A DNA stretch of 52,072 nt, counting the filler, from Sphacelaria rigidula (taxonomy: Eukaryota), in assembly GCA_964200075.2 (NCBI GenBank). It is 4 parts of 4 records of this genome, joined end to end, with 100 filler letters (N's around TTAATTAATTAA, not from the genome) between each part and the next. Parts side by side here need not be neighbours in the genome. Positions count along the whole stretch, not along the records: positions 13,045 to 25,987 come from CAXNAA020003281.1; 3 more parts are not named here. One strand, written 5' to 3'. Shown piece after piece: positions 13,045 through 24,619 of the stretch (positions within the stretch are counted from its first letter, which is position 1; each line of letters opens with the position of its first letter). The notes beneath the pieces were generated by a model. That model was not told where the DNA came from. It searched no databases and saw only the letters and a program-made list of their open reading frames with translations. The position numbers were made by a program, and so were the translations under genes.

Positions 13045-13806
13045 CTGCGCAGGGTACGTAAACCCTGTAGACCCCCTCCATAGGGTGCTATCTGTCCACG
13101 TGTGTCACTTTGTTTACTGTGTGTGTTACTGCTGTGAACTGCCTGCACTCCGGTAGTACGCGTGAAGGCTTTACCTTGTTCGAAAACCTCCGTGACGGGC
13201 AGCTAATTAAAAGAATGTGGGTCCCCGTGGGTGGATATACTTTTTGCGCATTCATTCAAGTCTGGGAGTGGTCGGTGTTGAGGTGATTTTGTTCCTCCGG
13301 AAAGCTCGCTCCACATCAGTAGATGGACAATCTTGTTGCACTAGCGAGTGTCCTCCCTTCGTCTGTACCAGTCGGGAAGCACACGCTCCGAGCTGCCACC
13401 CCACGTTTACCATCATTGTGAAGATAATGAGACAAGAGCACGAACAGCAGCTGTTGTGGCCGCTACACAACAACGTAACTACAGTGCCTTACGAGTGATA
13501 GCCACCGTGCTGGACAGCGCTGACACACACGAATCGGCACCGGCTGATTTAGACCGACCCCCAGCCGCGTACATCTACTGGCAGTAAAGATGCTGCTGGT
13601 ACTGCTGCTGTTGCTTCTTCTCCTTTTCGTGCGGAACGCGATTAGAACGGCGCGTGATTTCTCGTGATGCTGCAGAACATCTGTGTTGTTTTCTGTTGAG
13701 TGTAGTACTCCGCCGCCTCTCTCAACGTGCAGATCTGGGTTACAAATTTTTGCATTTGAATACAGTCCGTCACGAGCGACCAGAAATCACGGCATGACTG
13801 CCTTGT

Positions 13807-14035
13807 CTGGTGTCGAGAGTAGTACTATGCAGTTCATACTCCACTGCAGAGTGGTCTGGTTTTGAGTGTACCACCCTGTTGTCAAGATAATGGGGTCATC
13901 TTTTGAGCAGTTTTCCGAAAGGTTCGCCCTCTGGTGTTGAGAGTAGTACTCTGTAATTTATACACCACTGTAAAAATTGTCTGGTTTTGAGTGTACCACC
14001 CTGTAGTCAAGATGATGGTGTCATCTTTTCAGCAG
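13807..14035 (+). repeat. ~124-bp tandem duplication
   Basis: ctggtgt(c/t)gagagtagtact...gtctggttttgagtgtaccaccctgt..tcaagat occurs twice. Confidence 0.85.
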
Positions 14036-14353
14036 GTTCTGCTAGTTTCTTGAGAGGTTCTGCTGGATTTTTCAAAAGTATTTCGAAAAAATGAGAGTGT
14101 CTTCTGTCACAGAAATCTATAGCCGAATCTGGAATAGCCTGAGACAACAACCAGTTTGAAAATTGGAACGTCAAGGTCCCGGCTGAAGTTATTGTACTTT
14201 GAAAGCAAGTGAACCAGTTCTCGACAGAAAGACGCGATTTCACTGCTCAATTTGGATTTATTTTCCATATTTTTTCAACACGATATACATCGTGTAAATG
14301 TGAAGCCCCTACCGTTTGCCCCTATTTTCTTTTCTACTCCTCGTGTGCACGGA

Positions 14354-14634
14354 TGGCCACTGAGGTCTGTAACCTAGCTTTTTTGGGACCTTATCCACAT
14401 TTGGTGAGGTCCGCGGATTAGGTGGACAACTGAGGAACATTTGCACAGGATGGACAGGTTCGAACTAAAACATGTCCCAGTCTACCGGGGAGTCACCCGC
14501 CTATAGACTGGGACATGTTTTCTTTCGATCCTGTGCATGCTGTGCGAATGCTCCTCACTTGTCTACCCAATCCGCGGACCTTACCCAAGGTGCATAAGGT
14601 CCCAAAATGGCCAGATTACAGACCCCAGTGGCCA
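14354..14634. mobile_element. Foldback/MITE-like long hairpin
   Basis: ~130-bp arms TGGCCACTGAGGTCTGTAA...AAAACATGTCCCAGTCTA and TAGACTGGGACATGTTTT...TTACAGACCCCAGTGGCCA, with a ~20-nt loop. The palindrome probably extends outward (~14232 to ~14812). Confidence 0.8.
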
Positions 14635-14867
14635 CTCGTGTGTTCTTGGTCATCTAGATTTCGGAACAGTTTTTCTGGTACAAAAGCATCGATGACTGAT
14701 ATCAAAAAACAAAAAACTCAAGGGGGGACTACGAGGAGTACAAAACATTCCTCATGGGCATCGTGTCGAAATTTCGTGAAAAAATACTTGAAATTCATCA
14801 GCATGACCGCGTTTCATTTTTTCGTGGCTGGTCCATCTCCACATAGGACCAGTCTTGGACACGAACA

Positions 14868-15155
14868 CGCGATTTAGCAGCTGAGTTTCAGATCGTCTTC
14901 AATGAAATATTTACACGATGTACAGGGTGTATGTGCGAAGGCGCCACTAGTTTCACCCTACATGCTTTTCTTCCCCCCGTGAGTTATCGCCGACCAAGCA
15001 TTTCAAAACAGTTTTTTCGGAACAAAATCGTGAACAACTCAAAACAAAAAAAGATCAGATGTAGGGTGGAATAGGTGGCGTCTTTGCACATACATCCTGT
15101 ACATCGTGTCGAAATATCATACCAAGACGACTCGAAATTCAGCTGCTAAATCGCG
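14868..15155. mobile_element. MITE-like element with ~95-bp inverted repeats
   Basis: CGCGATTTAGCAGCTGA...ACACGATGTACAGG...CACCCTACAT vs ATGTAGGGTG...CCTGTACATCGTGT...TCAGCTGCTAAATCGCG. Confidence 0.8.
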
Positions 15156-15759
15156 CCTTCACATCCCTGTCCGCGTCTTAGGCGGCCCAGCCTGTAGCTG
15201 TAAGCACACGCTAGTGATGGAGGCAAAGAAAAGCACACCATGGATGAAAAATTGGCCAAGTTGAAGCGAACGATCCAAGCCACTCTCCATCATCGCTCTA
15301 CTCTCGATCTCACGAAAACGTAGTTAGATGTCTTTTGTTTCCTTTTCGTCTTACCCACTAACCTCTTCATTTCTCATGAGCCTCGAGTGATGAGTGGAAC
15401 TGACCGTTCTACAAGGTAACATACCGAGAGTATTGCGACAACCAAACGAGGTATGCCATGGGATCGAAGATACAAAAATCAGACAAAATGAGCACGACCT
15501 TGCCGCGGGAAAGATGGCTGAAGATCATCGGCGATAACGCAATAACCTACGAACATGATGTGGCGGCCTCCACCTCCCTCAGCCACAACCATCCAATCGC
15601 AGTGGCACGGTACCATCCGGAAACAACCAGACTGATGCTTATCGCGGAGACTTGCACAAACCATGACCTGCATAGAAAATGGATACTATGGAACAGCGCG
15701 ATGTTGAACATTAGCAGGGACAAATGGCATGAACGGTCCATGTCATCACGCTACCTCTC

Positions 15760-17955
15760 TCACGGGTAGGACGAGGATGCGGGCACGTGTCCACAGAGGG
15801 CAGACACGCCCAACTCTAACTTCACGTCCGCTCCATCCTCACCAGATGCCACATCTCCACCCGTTGCCACATCAAATACCGGCTGCACTTGCGCTGCCCG
15901 GCGTAGCCGCTTCGTGTTCCTTCCGATGGTGATGCTACTACCACAGCTCCTTTTCATGGTGCTTCTGGAGCCACCGCTGTCATTGCTGCCGCAACTGCTG
16001 AGTTTCGCAGTATTCAGTTCGCCCCTACTTTCCACCACCTTGGGAACTAGCGCAGGCTCAACAATTGCCTTCGTTTCCATTTTCATGCGCGTCTCTGCCC
16101 AATCTCCTGCCGCCGCATCAGGGCGCTGTCCCAGGGCAGCAGGCGGTGTTGGTGTAACATTTCCACCCCGTCGCCTGGCGCGGGTGGCTCGCGAGCTGAG
16201 ACGAACATTTACGTCGCGGTCACCATCGTTCACGTTTGGGCCGGCATCCGATGAATAGCTGCGTCCTTCACCACGTCCATCGATACCGAACCTATTCCCC
16301 CCCACGGTCAAGCCATCGGTTGGGTGGTATTTTTCCTGGACATATCCTGCTGCATCAGACGACACAGCCGATTCCAGTTCAGCATGGCCGCGGGCATTCC
16401 CGTGTTTCCAAACCCGGTCGACACAGCGCTGCGAGGCGCATTGATGATTCATGCCCGTCTGGATGTGTATGGCGAACAACTCCGCCTCTGCGCCTACACT
16501 TGAGCATGATCGTTTTGAGCAGCGCTCCTTATCGCACCGCTTGCTTTTCGCGTCAACCATGTCCGCTCGGCCGTCTGTGGCGCAGAACCCCTTCACTCTG
16601 CCACCGGCGGCACCGAACCAAGGGTATTTGAAGCAGCCGTCCTTGACACACCGTCTTCTTTTCGCGTCAACCATGCCCGCCGAGGCATGTGTGGCGCAAG
16701 ATCTCGCCTTTCTGCCACCGGCTGCACCGAACGATGGTCGTTTGGAGCAGCCCTCCTCACCGTACCGCTTCTTCCGTACGTTACCCATGCCAGCCGGGGC
16801 GTGTGCAGCGCAAAACTCCGCCTTCCTGCCGCCGGGTGCACCGAACGATGCTCGTTTAGAGCAGCCCTCGTTGCCGCACCGCTTGTGCTTCACGTTAACC
16901 ATACCCGCGGTGGCGTGGATGGCGCAGAACTCCGCTTTCCTGGCACCGGCTGCACCAAACGAAGGGTACTTGGAGCAGGCCTCCGTGCGGCACAGCTTGA
17001 TCTTCAAGTTAACCATGCCAGCCGGGGCGTGTGTGGCGCAGAACTCCGCCTTTCCGCCCCCGGCTGCACCGAACGAAGGGTATTTGAAGCAGCCCTCCTT
17101 GCCGCACCGCTTGTTCCTCAGGTTAACCATGCCCGCCGGGGCGTGTGTGACGCAGAACTCTGCCTTACCGCCACCGGCTGCACCGAGTGCAGGGTATTTG
17201 AGACAGCCCTCCTTGCCGCACCGCTTGTGTTTCACGTCAACCATGCCAGCCGGGGCATGTGTGGCGCAGAACTTCGCCTTTCCATTCCCGGCTGCACCGA
17301 ACGAAGGGTGTTTGAGACAGCCCTCCTTGTCGCACCGCTTGTTTTTCACGTCAACCATGCCAGCCGGGGCATGTGTGGCGCAGAACTTCGCATTTCCTCC
17401 CCCAGCTGCACCAAAGGAAGGGTGTTTGAGACAGCCCTCCTTGTCGCACCGCTTGTTTTTCACGTCAACCATGCCAGCCGGGGCGTGTGTGACGCAGAAC
17501 TTCGGCTTTCCACCCGGTGCTGCACCAAACGATGCTCGTTTGGAGCAGCCCTCCTTGCCGCACCGCTTATGCTTTACGTCAACCATGCCCGCCGGGGCGT
17601 GTGTGGCGCAGAACTCCGCCTTCCTGCCACGGGCTGTGCCGAACGAAGGGTATTTGAAGCAGCCCTCCTTTCCGCATCGCTCTTTCATCACGTCAACCAT
17701 GCCAGCCGGGGCGTGTGTGGCGCAGAACTCCGCCTTCCCGCCCTCGGCTGCACCGAACGAAGGGTGTTTGAGACAGCCCTCCTGGTCGCACCGCTTGTTT
17801 CTCACGTTAACCATGCCCGCCGGGGCGTGTGTGACGCAAATCTCCTTCGTCCTGTTATCGGCTGTACCGGACGGTGAGCGTGTGAAGCAGCCTGCATCGA
17901 ACAACCAGCATAGATAATCATATTTCGTGCCAATGTATGGGCGGCACATCGTCAT
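15760..17955 (-). CDS. EsV-1-7 domain (cysteine-rich C-x4-C...C-x2-H repeat) protein: ~13 x 38-aa repeats plus a low-complexity, basic C-terminal tail. Probably a terminal exon starting at 17891.
   Basis: 731-aa ORF with repeated KxKRCxKEGCxKxPSFGAAGGGKAEFCATHAPAGMVDV, the typical EsV-1-7 motif. 114-bp DNA periodicity over ~16480-17890. Candidate acceptor tgttcgatgcag|GC TGC TTC at 17892/17891. Confidence 0.9.
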   Translation of the reverse strand: MTMCRPYIGTKYDYLCWLFDAGCFTRSPSGTADNRTKEICVTHAPAGMVNVRNKRCDQEGCLKHPSFGAAEGGKAEFCATHAPAGMVDVMKERCGKEGCFKYPSFGTARGRKAEFCATHAPAGMVDVKHKRCGKEGCSKRASFGAAPGGKPKFCVTHAPAGMVDVKNKRCDKEGCLKHPSFGAAGGGNAKFCATHAPAGMVDVKNKRCDKEGCLKHPSFGAAGNGKAKFCATHAPAGMVDVKHKRCGKEGCLKYPALGAAGGGKAEFCVTHAPAGMVNLRNKRCGKEGCFKYPSFGAAGGGKAEFCATHAPAGMVNLKIKLCRTEACSKYPSFGAAGARKAEFCAIHATAGMVNVKHKRCGNEGCSKRASFGAPGGRKAEFCAAHAPAGMGNVRKKRYGEEGCSKRPSFGAAGGRKARSCATHASAGMVDAKRRRCVKDGCFKYPWFGAAGGRVKGFCATDGRADMVDAKSKRCDKERCSKRSCSSVGAEAELFAIHIQTGMNHQCASQRCVDRVWKHGNARGHAELESAVSSDAAGYVQEKYHPTDGLTVGGNRFGIDGRGEGRSYSSDAGPNVNDGDRDVNVRLSSRATRARRRGGNVTPTPPAALGQRPDAAAGDWAETRMKMETKAIVEPALVPKVVESRGELNTAKLSSCGSNDSGGSRSTMKRSCGSSITIGRNTKRLRRAAQVQPVFDVATGGDVASGEDGADVKLELGVSALCGHVPASSSYP

Positions 17956-18329
17956 TATAGCATCTTGGCCAACAATGGCTCGTAAGCTAGAGTAGACGAT
18001 AGCTCAACCGTGGAGTCAGCAGGCGAGAGCGATAGCCACTACAGCATAGTCGCTATAGGCGGTATGGTGCATCTCGTCGAGGATCGCAGCGCCGATGCTG
18101 TGACCACAGCACGGATGACTTGATAAGGGGAGGGGTATTCAACCCTGGACATGTAGAGAACGCTTTACTGTAAGTGACCCGACATAAAGCCGTGTTGATC
18201 CATGCCGAGTGAAGCGGCCTTATATTATGTCGACAAGGACATACGACCGATTTAGGGCTGCTTCGGATCAGACCGAACCGGCCCGATGTCGGGTCAAAAA
18301 GCTGCACGCGCTCTCCCAATTGGCAGAGA

Positions 18330-18653
18330 ATGGGATCACTACATTGTTTATTCCCTCACACGTTGAACCCCTCCCCTTCCTCGGGATGAGGTCGTGGCCT
18401 CAAGGGGTCAATCCATCTCTCCCCCGGTATGCACCTTTCATTTTGGTCTCGCGGATTGGGTCAGCTCTCCCGCACCATGTCAACTCACGTCACACAAACC
18501 CAGTCGACTACTTTTTTCAACTCACCTTCTCACGCTTTCCGCGGTGGAAATCATACGTTACGAAGAAAAAAAAAAAACAGCGCATCGGGAATCAAACACC
18601 CGTTCTCTCCACCCTGATGACAGTCGGACCATTACACCACCGGGGCGCGGCGA
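18330..18653 (-). mobile_element. tRNA-derived SINE
   Basis: Minus strand begins GCCCCGGTGGTGTAATGG (A box) ... GTTTGATTCCC (B-box-like), followed by a T run and a non-tRNA body. Confidence 0.65.
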
Positions 18654-21600
18654 TGTTTTGGATTGTCTCATTCTGGTCATGGCTTCTAATCTACGGTGAT
18701 ACGCACCCCTCCCTGTGGGGTGCGGGAGGTCCCGACATGCTGACGACCAAGTGATGGCGCAGGACCGGCCCTCCCAATTGAAGACCAATTTTGGCCAAGA
18801 CAGGAGAATCACCATCCAACCCAGGGAGGTGTTACGAGGGAATCCAGGCGGCCTACCATCTTATATGGCATTATTGAAAGCGGCCTCCACCGGGTCACGT
18901 ACTGTAGCATCAGGGTCGCTGGTATGCTTTTCCCACCAGTAGGATTCGCTCAACGCACGACGCGCCAATGATCATTCTACTTTCGGGCGCCCCGCATCTG
19001 AGGTTATACAAGCTAGACAGACACGATATGTGAGTGACATCCGTCTACCATATATGATCGACGCCGAAAGTCAATACATAGGCGGGTGATAGTGTGGAGG
19101 TGGGCAGCATACGTCGCTTCAATGGCGCGTGCAGCCTACTGTCAAGCACTGTTGGGACACATCATTTTCCCGTACGAGTGGTGGAAGGATGCTCCACATT
19201 GCTTGCGGTGACAGCGGCCACTTTGTGCATACCACCGAGATGCCATTTGGCACACACCAGGCAGCAGAATAACAGGGAGCTGTTCTCATCAGTCGCTCCT
19301 GACACCACCCGTGTCCAAGCGCGACAGAGCTCCGAACGAGGGAAGTTGGTGGAAAGGCATCCTTCTCGGAGACAAGTGATACTCCGTTGCTGCCCCTTTG
19401 CATGGGCGATGTGCACACTGAGCTTCGAACGCTCCGAAAAGAAAGAATAAAATCAAATGAGCTATTGAAGTACTGAACTCAGACGGTTTCTGATACAACG
19501 CCTGGATGCGAAAACAAGACAGTCTTGGGCATACTTCCAGTCCTTTTCAGCCGAATCAGGGGATATTTTAATGATTCGCAGTTGGCGATTTTCGATACTC
19601 TTTTCGGGTGCCACAGGTCATACAAGCGAACATTCAATCACGAACTATGGGGATCGGGATACCAGGCATCCGCTCCGGTTGCCGGGAAACAAAATATCTT
19701 AGCGCTCAATATTGGACGACTTACAGGCTAACTGACAGTGGATGTTTTTGACCGTTTTTGCCCCAAACGCTCATATTTTCGGCCTTAGCGCCATCAAAGG
19801 TATGGATATCAAGTGGGGATTTGTCAATTCGTTCACGAAAGCAACGGATTTAATCTACCCCGCCCCCGAATATAATAGAGAGCTCGGTTGGACAAGTTTC
19901 GTATTAGAGTATGTTCCTGAGTTTTCTAGCGCAGTATCCTTCATTAGTACCTGAAAGCCCCAGCGTCGAAAGATACTGGGAGAATGAGCAGGTGGTGTTC
20001 ACGAGACAATCTTCAAGTCGGTGTTGTCGGAGAAGTACAGAGTAAGGATTTCGTTCATCATGGGGTGTCCTCTAGCTTCACCGGCCTAAAAAACACAAAT
20101 GTTTGGCTGTAGTGCAACGAACAGGGAGAACTTAATACTCCCTCTGTCCCATAAGCGAAGGTACTCATGTAGGGCAGATAATATCTCGCCAACAGAGTTA
20201 CCCCGTGTCGGCCGCTGGGGGTGAGAATACCCTAGTATGGCACAATTATTTCGAGACGGGATCCCGGAAGAACATTCTGATGGAAACGCAATCAATCGCC
20301 ACCTTTCCCATGTGGAGTCAACCTGGAGTGCCGCTCAAGGCTAAGAAGTATACCTCTATGATGAGTGCATGACCTCGTCAGGGCCGCATCACGGCATGGC
20401 AGATAGTATCTGTTTCCATACAGAAGTGAAATCAGGGGTATTTCGCGATTATTGAGGTTGCTGCAGCAGAAAACGGTACGGGTGCTGCAGAAGATACGTC
20501 ATTCGCGAAAAAAGATAACGAAGCCATCACCGAGTCAGTTCACGGGGAATCGACGTCATTACATCATCAATTGCGCTGTCATGAGCGATACTCACGCAAA
20601 GTTTCCTTGCAAGAAGTGGAAGGTCAGTGCAAACGAGTGGTGGGAGACAAATTCACGCGTGTGTGCGGCCCGCAAGAAAAAGCTGTAGAAACACGTAAAA
20701 CATCGACGTTACATCACAACTATTGTGATGTGAGACAACAGAAAACGTTATGCCAGGGTAGTTGGTCGACGGGTGAGGTAAGGCTTGGACTTAATTTTCA
20801 GCAGAATGCAGACCAGGCGGAACTAGTCTTTGCTTGAATCTGTTTCCACGCCGAACGCCCATCTATTTGAACTGTTTGTGGAGTTCACAAACGAAGATGC
20901 GAATCCAGAGCACCATGCGGCGGAAACTCAAGATGATACAACAGTTTTCAGCTGAAATGAAGGATTCTTGTGATTTCCTTGTAGTCTGCGACTTTCAGTA
21001 GTGATTTCGGCTGCCACCGCTCATCCCCATGGCACGTTTGAACCCGAGCTCTAAGGGTCCCGAGATATAACGATCTTCATCCCCTGCACATCCGGGAACA
21101 AAGGCATATTTGCACTCAATATTGAACGACTTACGAGCTGGTCGGTTTTCGGGGGTTCTGCGACTACCTCGCCCCAGGTTCCGACCCTTGCTCACGGGGG
21201 GTGTACCGATTACGATGAATCACATGGATCACACTATAGGCCTTTTGTTTTCATCCGTTAGTTGTGCTAAAGCCGAAGAGAAATGTTTCTTGTCAAAAAG
21301 CAGCCAGTAACACCCCCTGTCATTTCAACCCGTGAGTCTTACAACATTAAGCACAGAGATAAAAATTTGTTTCGGGATATAAAGCGGGTGCCTAGTATCT
21401 CCCGATCCCCAAACGTTGGAATCACGGCTTTACCGGGATAAGCGATGGTGCGAGGACGAGCTTTCGAAGATCCCACGCCACAAACAAATCACGAAAATCT
21501 CCCATTACAGCTGAAAACTACCACAGTTCCCATTTACAATGAAAATCGTCTAGTACTACAGATAAGTGACTCATGTGTACTGTGAAGTGAAGAGACTGTG

Positions 21601-22309
21601 GAACACCCGTGCTTTCCGACAAAACCATAGTGGGGAGCCCATGTCTCTTCCACTTCATGTAGCTTGAAGGTGAAAATGGAATCTCAGATCACATTTCCAT
21701 TCCAGGGAATGTTCACGAAACATCACCTTCATTACTTTGGCTGTTGATGTTGAGACCGCGTTTGCATGATCCGATGACCGCAACAAGTTCGGGCAGGGGC
21801 GTTTTACAATTAACGGGTTCCGAAGCTGTTCCTCACGACTCTGAAGACACTTTCACGCATTTAGCACCGGGCGGGGTACGTGCGCCGTCGTGATGGTTGC
21901 CATGGTTGACTTTGTACACGAAACAGCGATCACTGTATGTTCCGGTGTCTACAGCCGCATACTCTAATCTAAAGCGCTCCATCTGTGCGGCTGCCCTGCA
22001 TGTACCGTAGAGTATACTGCTGGCGCTTGAACAGGCCTAACACATGTTCTGCCTCTGCAGTTTCCCCGCGGTACTGGCTGCATTGTATTGTTGCTGCATC
22101 GTACACTGGGGGGTGTTTTGTAAAGTACACACAACACCACGTGCAGCTGTATGTCATGTATGTACTGTCTGTTCAGCTGGCTGCACCATACCTGATGGAG
22201 GCATTTTGGGTAATTCCATGTTCCGACTAACCTCGACTTCTCCAAGAAGAGTTCGGGTTTGTCAAAACGATGGGCGTGGAAAGTAAACCTTGGGGAATAT
22301 TCCCCATAT

Positions 22310-22860
22310 TTGATTGATTGGTTGGTTGATTGTCACACTTGAACTGACCCCCCAGGGGTCCAGCCGTGGTCTCATGATAGACGTACGTACCCAACAAAAA
22401 CGGAAACGAAACATGCTCTGAGAAAAAAAAGAAGGAAAAAAAAAGGGGGGGGGTCGAACAGAACGACAGAGCAGACTAAGCCGTGACCAACTGGAGAGGA
22501 TATTTCCCTCTTTCTGAAAGATCCCATAAAAAGCTGTGCAGAAACCATTGCCTGCCAGAAACGCTCGAACCCATTCGATCGAGTATTTTACAGATTCGGA
22601 AGGAGCGGCGTTGGACCTTTCCTCTGTCTCGTTTGTATGTTTTTTGTCACATTTCACCGCAAGTTGCACCGAAAAGGAGGCCATTTGGGGGGTGAAACGG
22701 AAACAACTGCGTGCAATAAACTGCCGACTCGAAAGAGAAAGTAGCCGGCGGACTGGTGGGGCTTCTGATTTAGAGCTGGTTGAGTACTGAAACAACTGCC
22801 GAAGTGCGGCCGGCTCCTGCCCCAATGAGTACCAAGGTGGTCGGTTAGCATTGGGAGTCT
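22310..22860 (-). repeat. Interspersed repeat (SINE/LINE-tail-like) ending in (CAAT)n
   Basis: gattgtc.cact...ctgac.ccc.aggggtccagccgtggt.tcatgatagacgtac is shared with 38555-38700. The boundary near 22860 is approximate. Confidence 0.65.
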
Positions 22861-23714
22861 ACCGAGCATGAGTAAGGTGGCTGGTCTTTGTACTCAACAG
22901 TAACAGGGTGAGCAATCATCATCCAAAACATTTCCGTGCACTACCGTGATGGCTGGATACTGAGGTGAAAGTTCCAAATCTCAAACAGGCAGATCGAACT
23001 CAGCCGTGTTTTCGCATTTACTCGGTAATTCCATGACAGATTTTCTCTCTTTGTTTTTGTTATTTCTTATGTTGTCTGATTTCTTTGTCCGGTCTATTCT
23101 TTGTTTTACTGAACCCTTTATTTTGCTCATTTTGCTCATTTTGCCGACATTTTCCTTCACTAATTTAGTGTGTTTCTCAAATTTGCTACAATTTCCTTCA
23201 TTCTCCCCTTGTTTTTCTTTAGTTATCTTCTCTTCCTTTTTTATCTATCACTCTTCATTTTAACCTTCAAATTTCCGTTTCTACATCAGCGTAGTAGAGG
23301 GGGCACATGGATCGTATGCTGCTCCCGTCACACATCAAGGGAGCAACCCCGCTCCGACTCCGTCTCATTTTGTATTGGACGCAGTGAAGGATCTGTTTAT
23401 ATAATATGTGAAATTGTGGGAAGGAGGGAGGGAGGAGGGCGGGGTGGAGAACGGTTCCAATACGTTTCCAAAAAAAGTGTGTATGTAAGATAAGAAGAAA
23501 ATAAATGGTTTTGGCACCCCTGTGGGACATATCTTCCCTTCTTTGGAGAAATTGGATAAACAAAAACTTCGTTTCCCTACCATCTGCTTGCGCTATCGAA
23601 GACCATATTCGAATACGAACAATACCGATCATTGACGTAAAAAAACTAGGACACACAGGCAACACTGAGTTCGACGTGCACACAGTGCCTTGACATGCAC
23701 GACACTCAGGCAGT

Positions 23715-24560
23715 ATGTTCGACATACTTGCATCGGCCAAAATGTTGCGGGATCGGTGCATGCCGACCCGCACCTTGCACCAGAACATTTTTGGACCAAC
23801 AAATGTTGTACCATGTGGGTTGTCGATATGTGCTACCGACAGTACGTCCTACACAACGGGCTCGGCCGGCGAGGACGTCTGCCCCCTCTGCCTTATGTGG
23901 GGATGGCGAGGCAGGGCACACTCAGGGGTGTCCAAGGGTGCAATTCGAGTGCCGCATCCAAGTCTGCTAGAGTGATATGGACAGGGAGAGGTATACGATG
24001 AGAAAAAGAAGCATACTGTGCCTGTGTGGCAGGTGCCTACCCTTGTTCCTTCGGGGGTTGGCGTGGGCGTGTTGTCTTGGTGGGTTCATCCTTGATTGAG
24101 CGCATGCGAAAATACGCTGAACCGAGGACCACTACAAGGAGCACCGCACCCACATTCCAATGTCGCTTCCTCTCTGAAGAATATTCCATGAACACAAAAT
24201 CACTTCGTTGTATTCTCAATCGAGAACGTTGCACGTCGACGAGAAAATTCCGCGAAGAAAGTACAATGGGAGATGTTGATCCTACCTTACGGTTCCAGAT
24301 AGTTTTTGAGGGGGAGATTTACTCATAGTCACGCATGCCACAGTCCAAAGACCAATGACCTCGCATCCCCTACAAAGCCGGGGCGGAGCACGCCGGGTTT
24401 CCGCCGGACCAGGCTCGCACTCATCTACCAGAGCGGGGGGGTATCAAAAGTACGCACAGCGGAATTCACAGGGGGTGTGCACGCCAAGGCGAGGTACCAG
24501 GGCCTCAAGACTTCGCTATGCCAAGCTTCCCGTGTTGGTGCAAGGAGACGTCAAACATAG
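23715..24560 (+). mobile_element. Decayed 3' end of an RLE-type (restriction-like endonuclease) non-LTR retrotransposon
   Basis: Ordered, frameshifted motifs: LRDRCMPTRTL; (x)ALCGDGEAGHTQGCPRV (CCHC-like); RRTRLALIY...VRTAEFT...AKARYQGLKTSL (degenerate RPD...E...KY endonuclease). Confidence 0.5.
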
Positions 24561-24619
24561 ACCTCCCCCGATCGCTGCCGACCCAGCTCGTACTGTGTGC
24601 AAGCTAACATCTCTAGCAG

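Noticed and set aside
16451-17917. 488-aa and 396-aa plus-strand ORFs overlapping the EsV-1-7 gene
   Set aside because: These are antisense shadows of a GC-rich 114-bp repeat. One stop-free unit propagates openness, and the peptides have no independent protein character.
15760-17955. Endogenous phaeovirus insertion suggested by the EsV-1-7 name
   Set aside because: There are no viral hallmark genes or gene-dense intronless block, and the family is a host-expanded one in brown algae.
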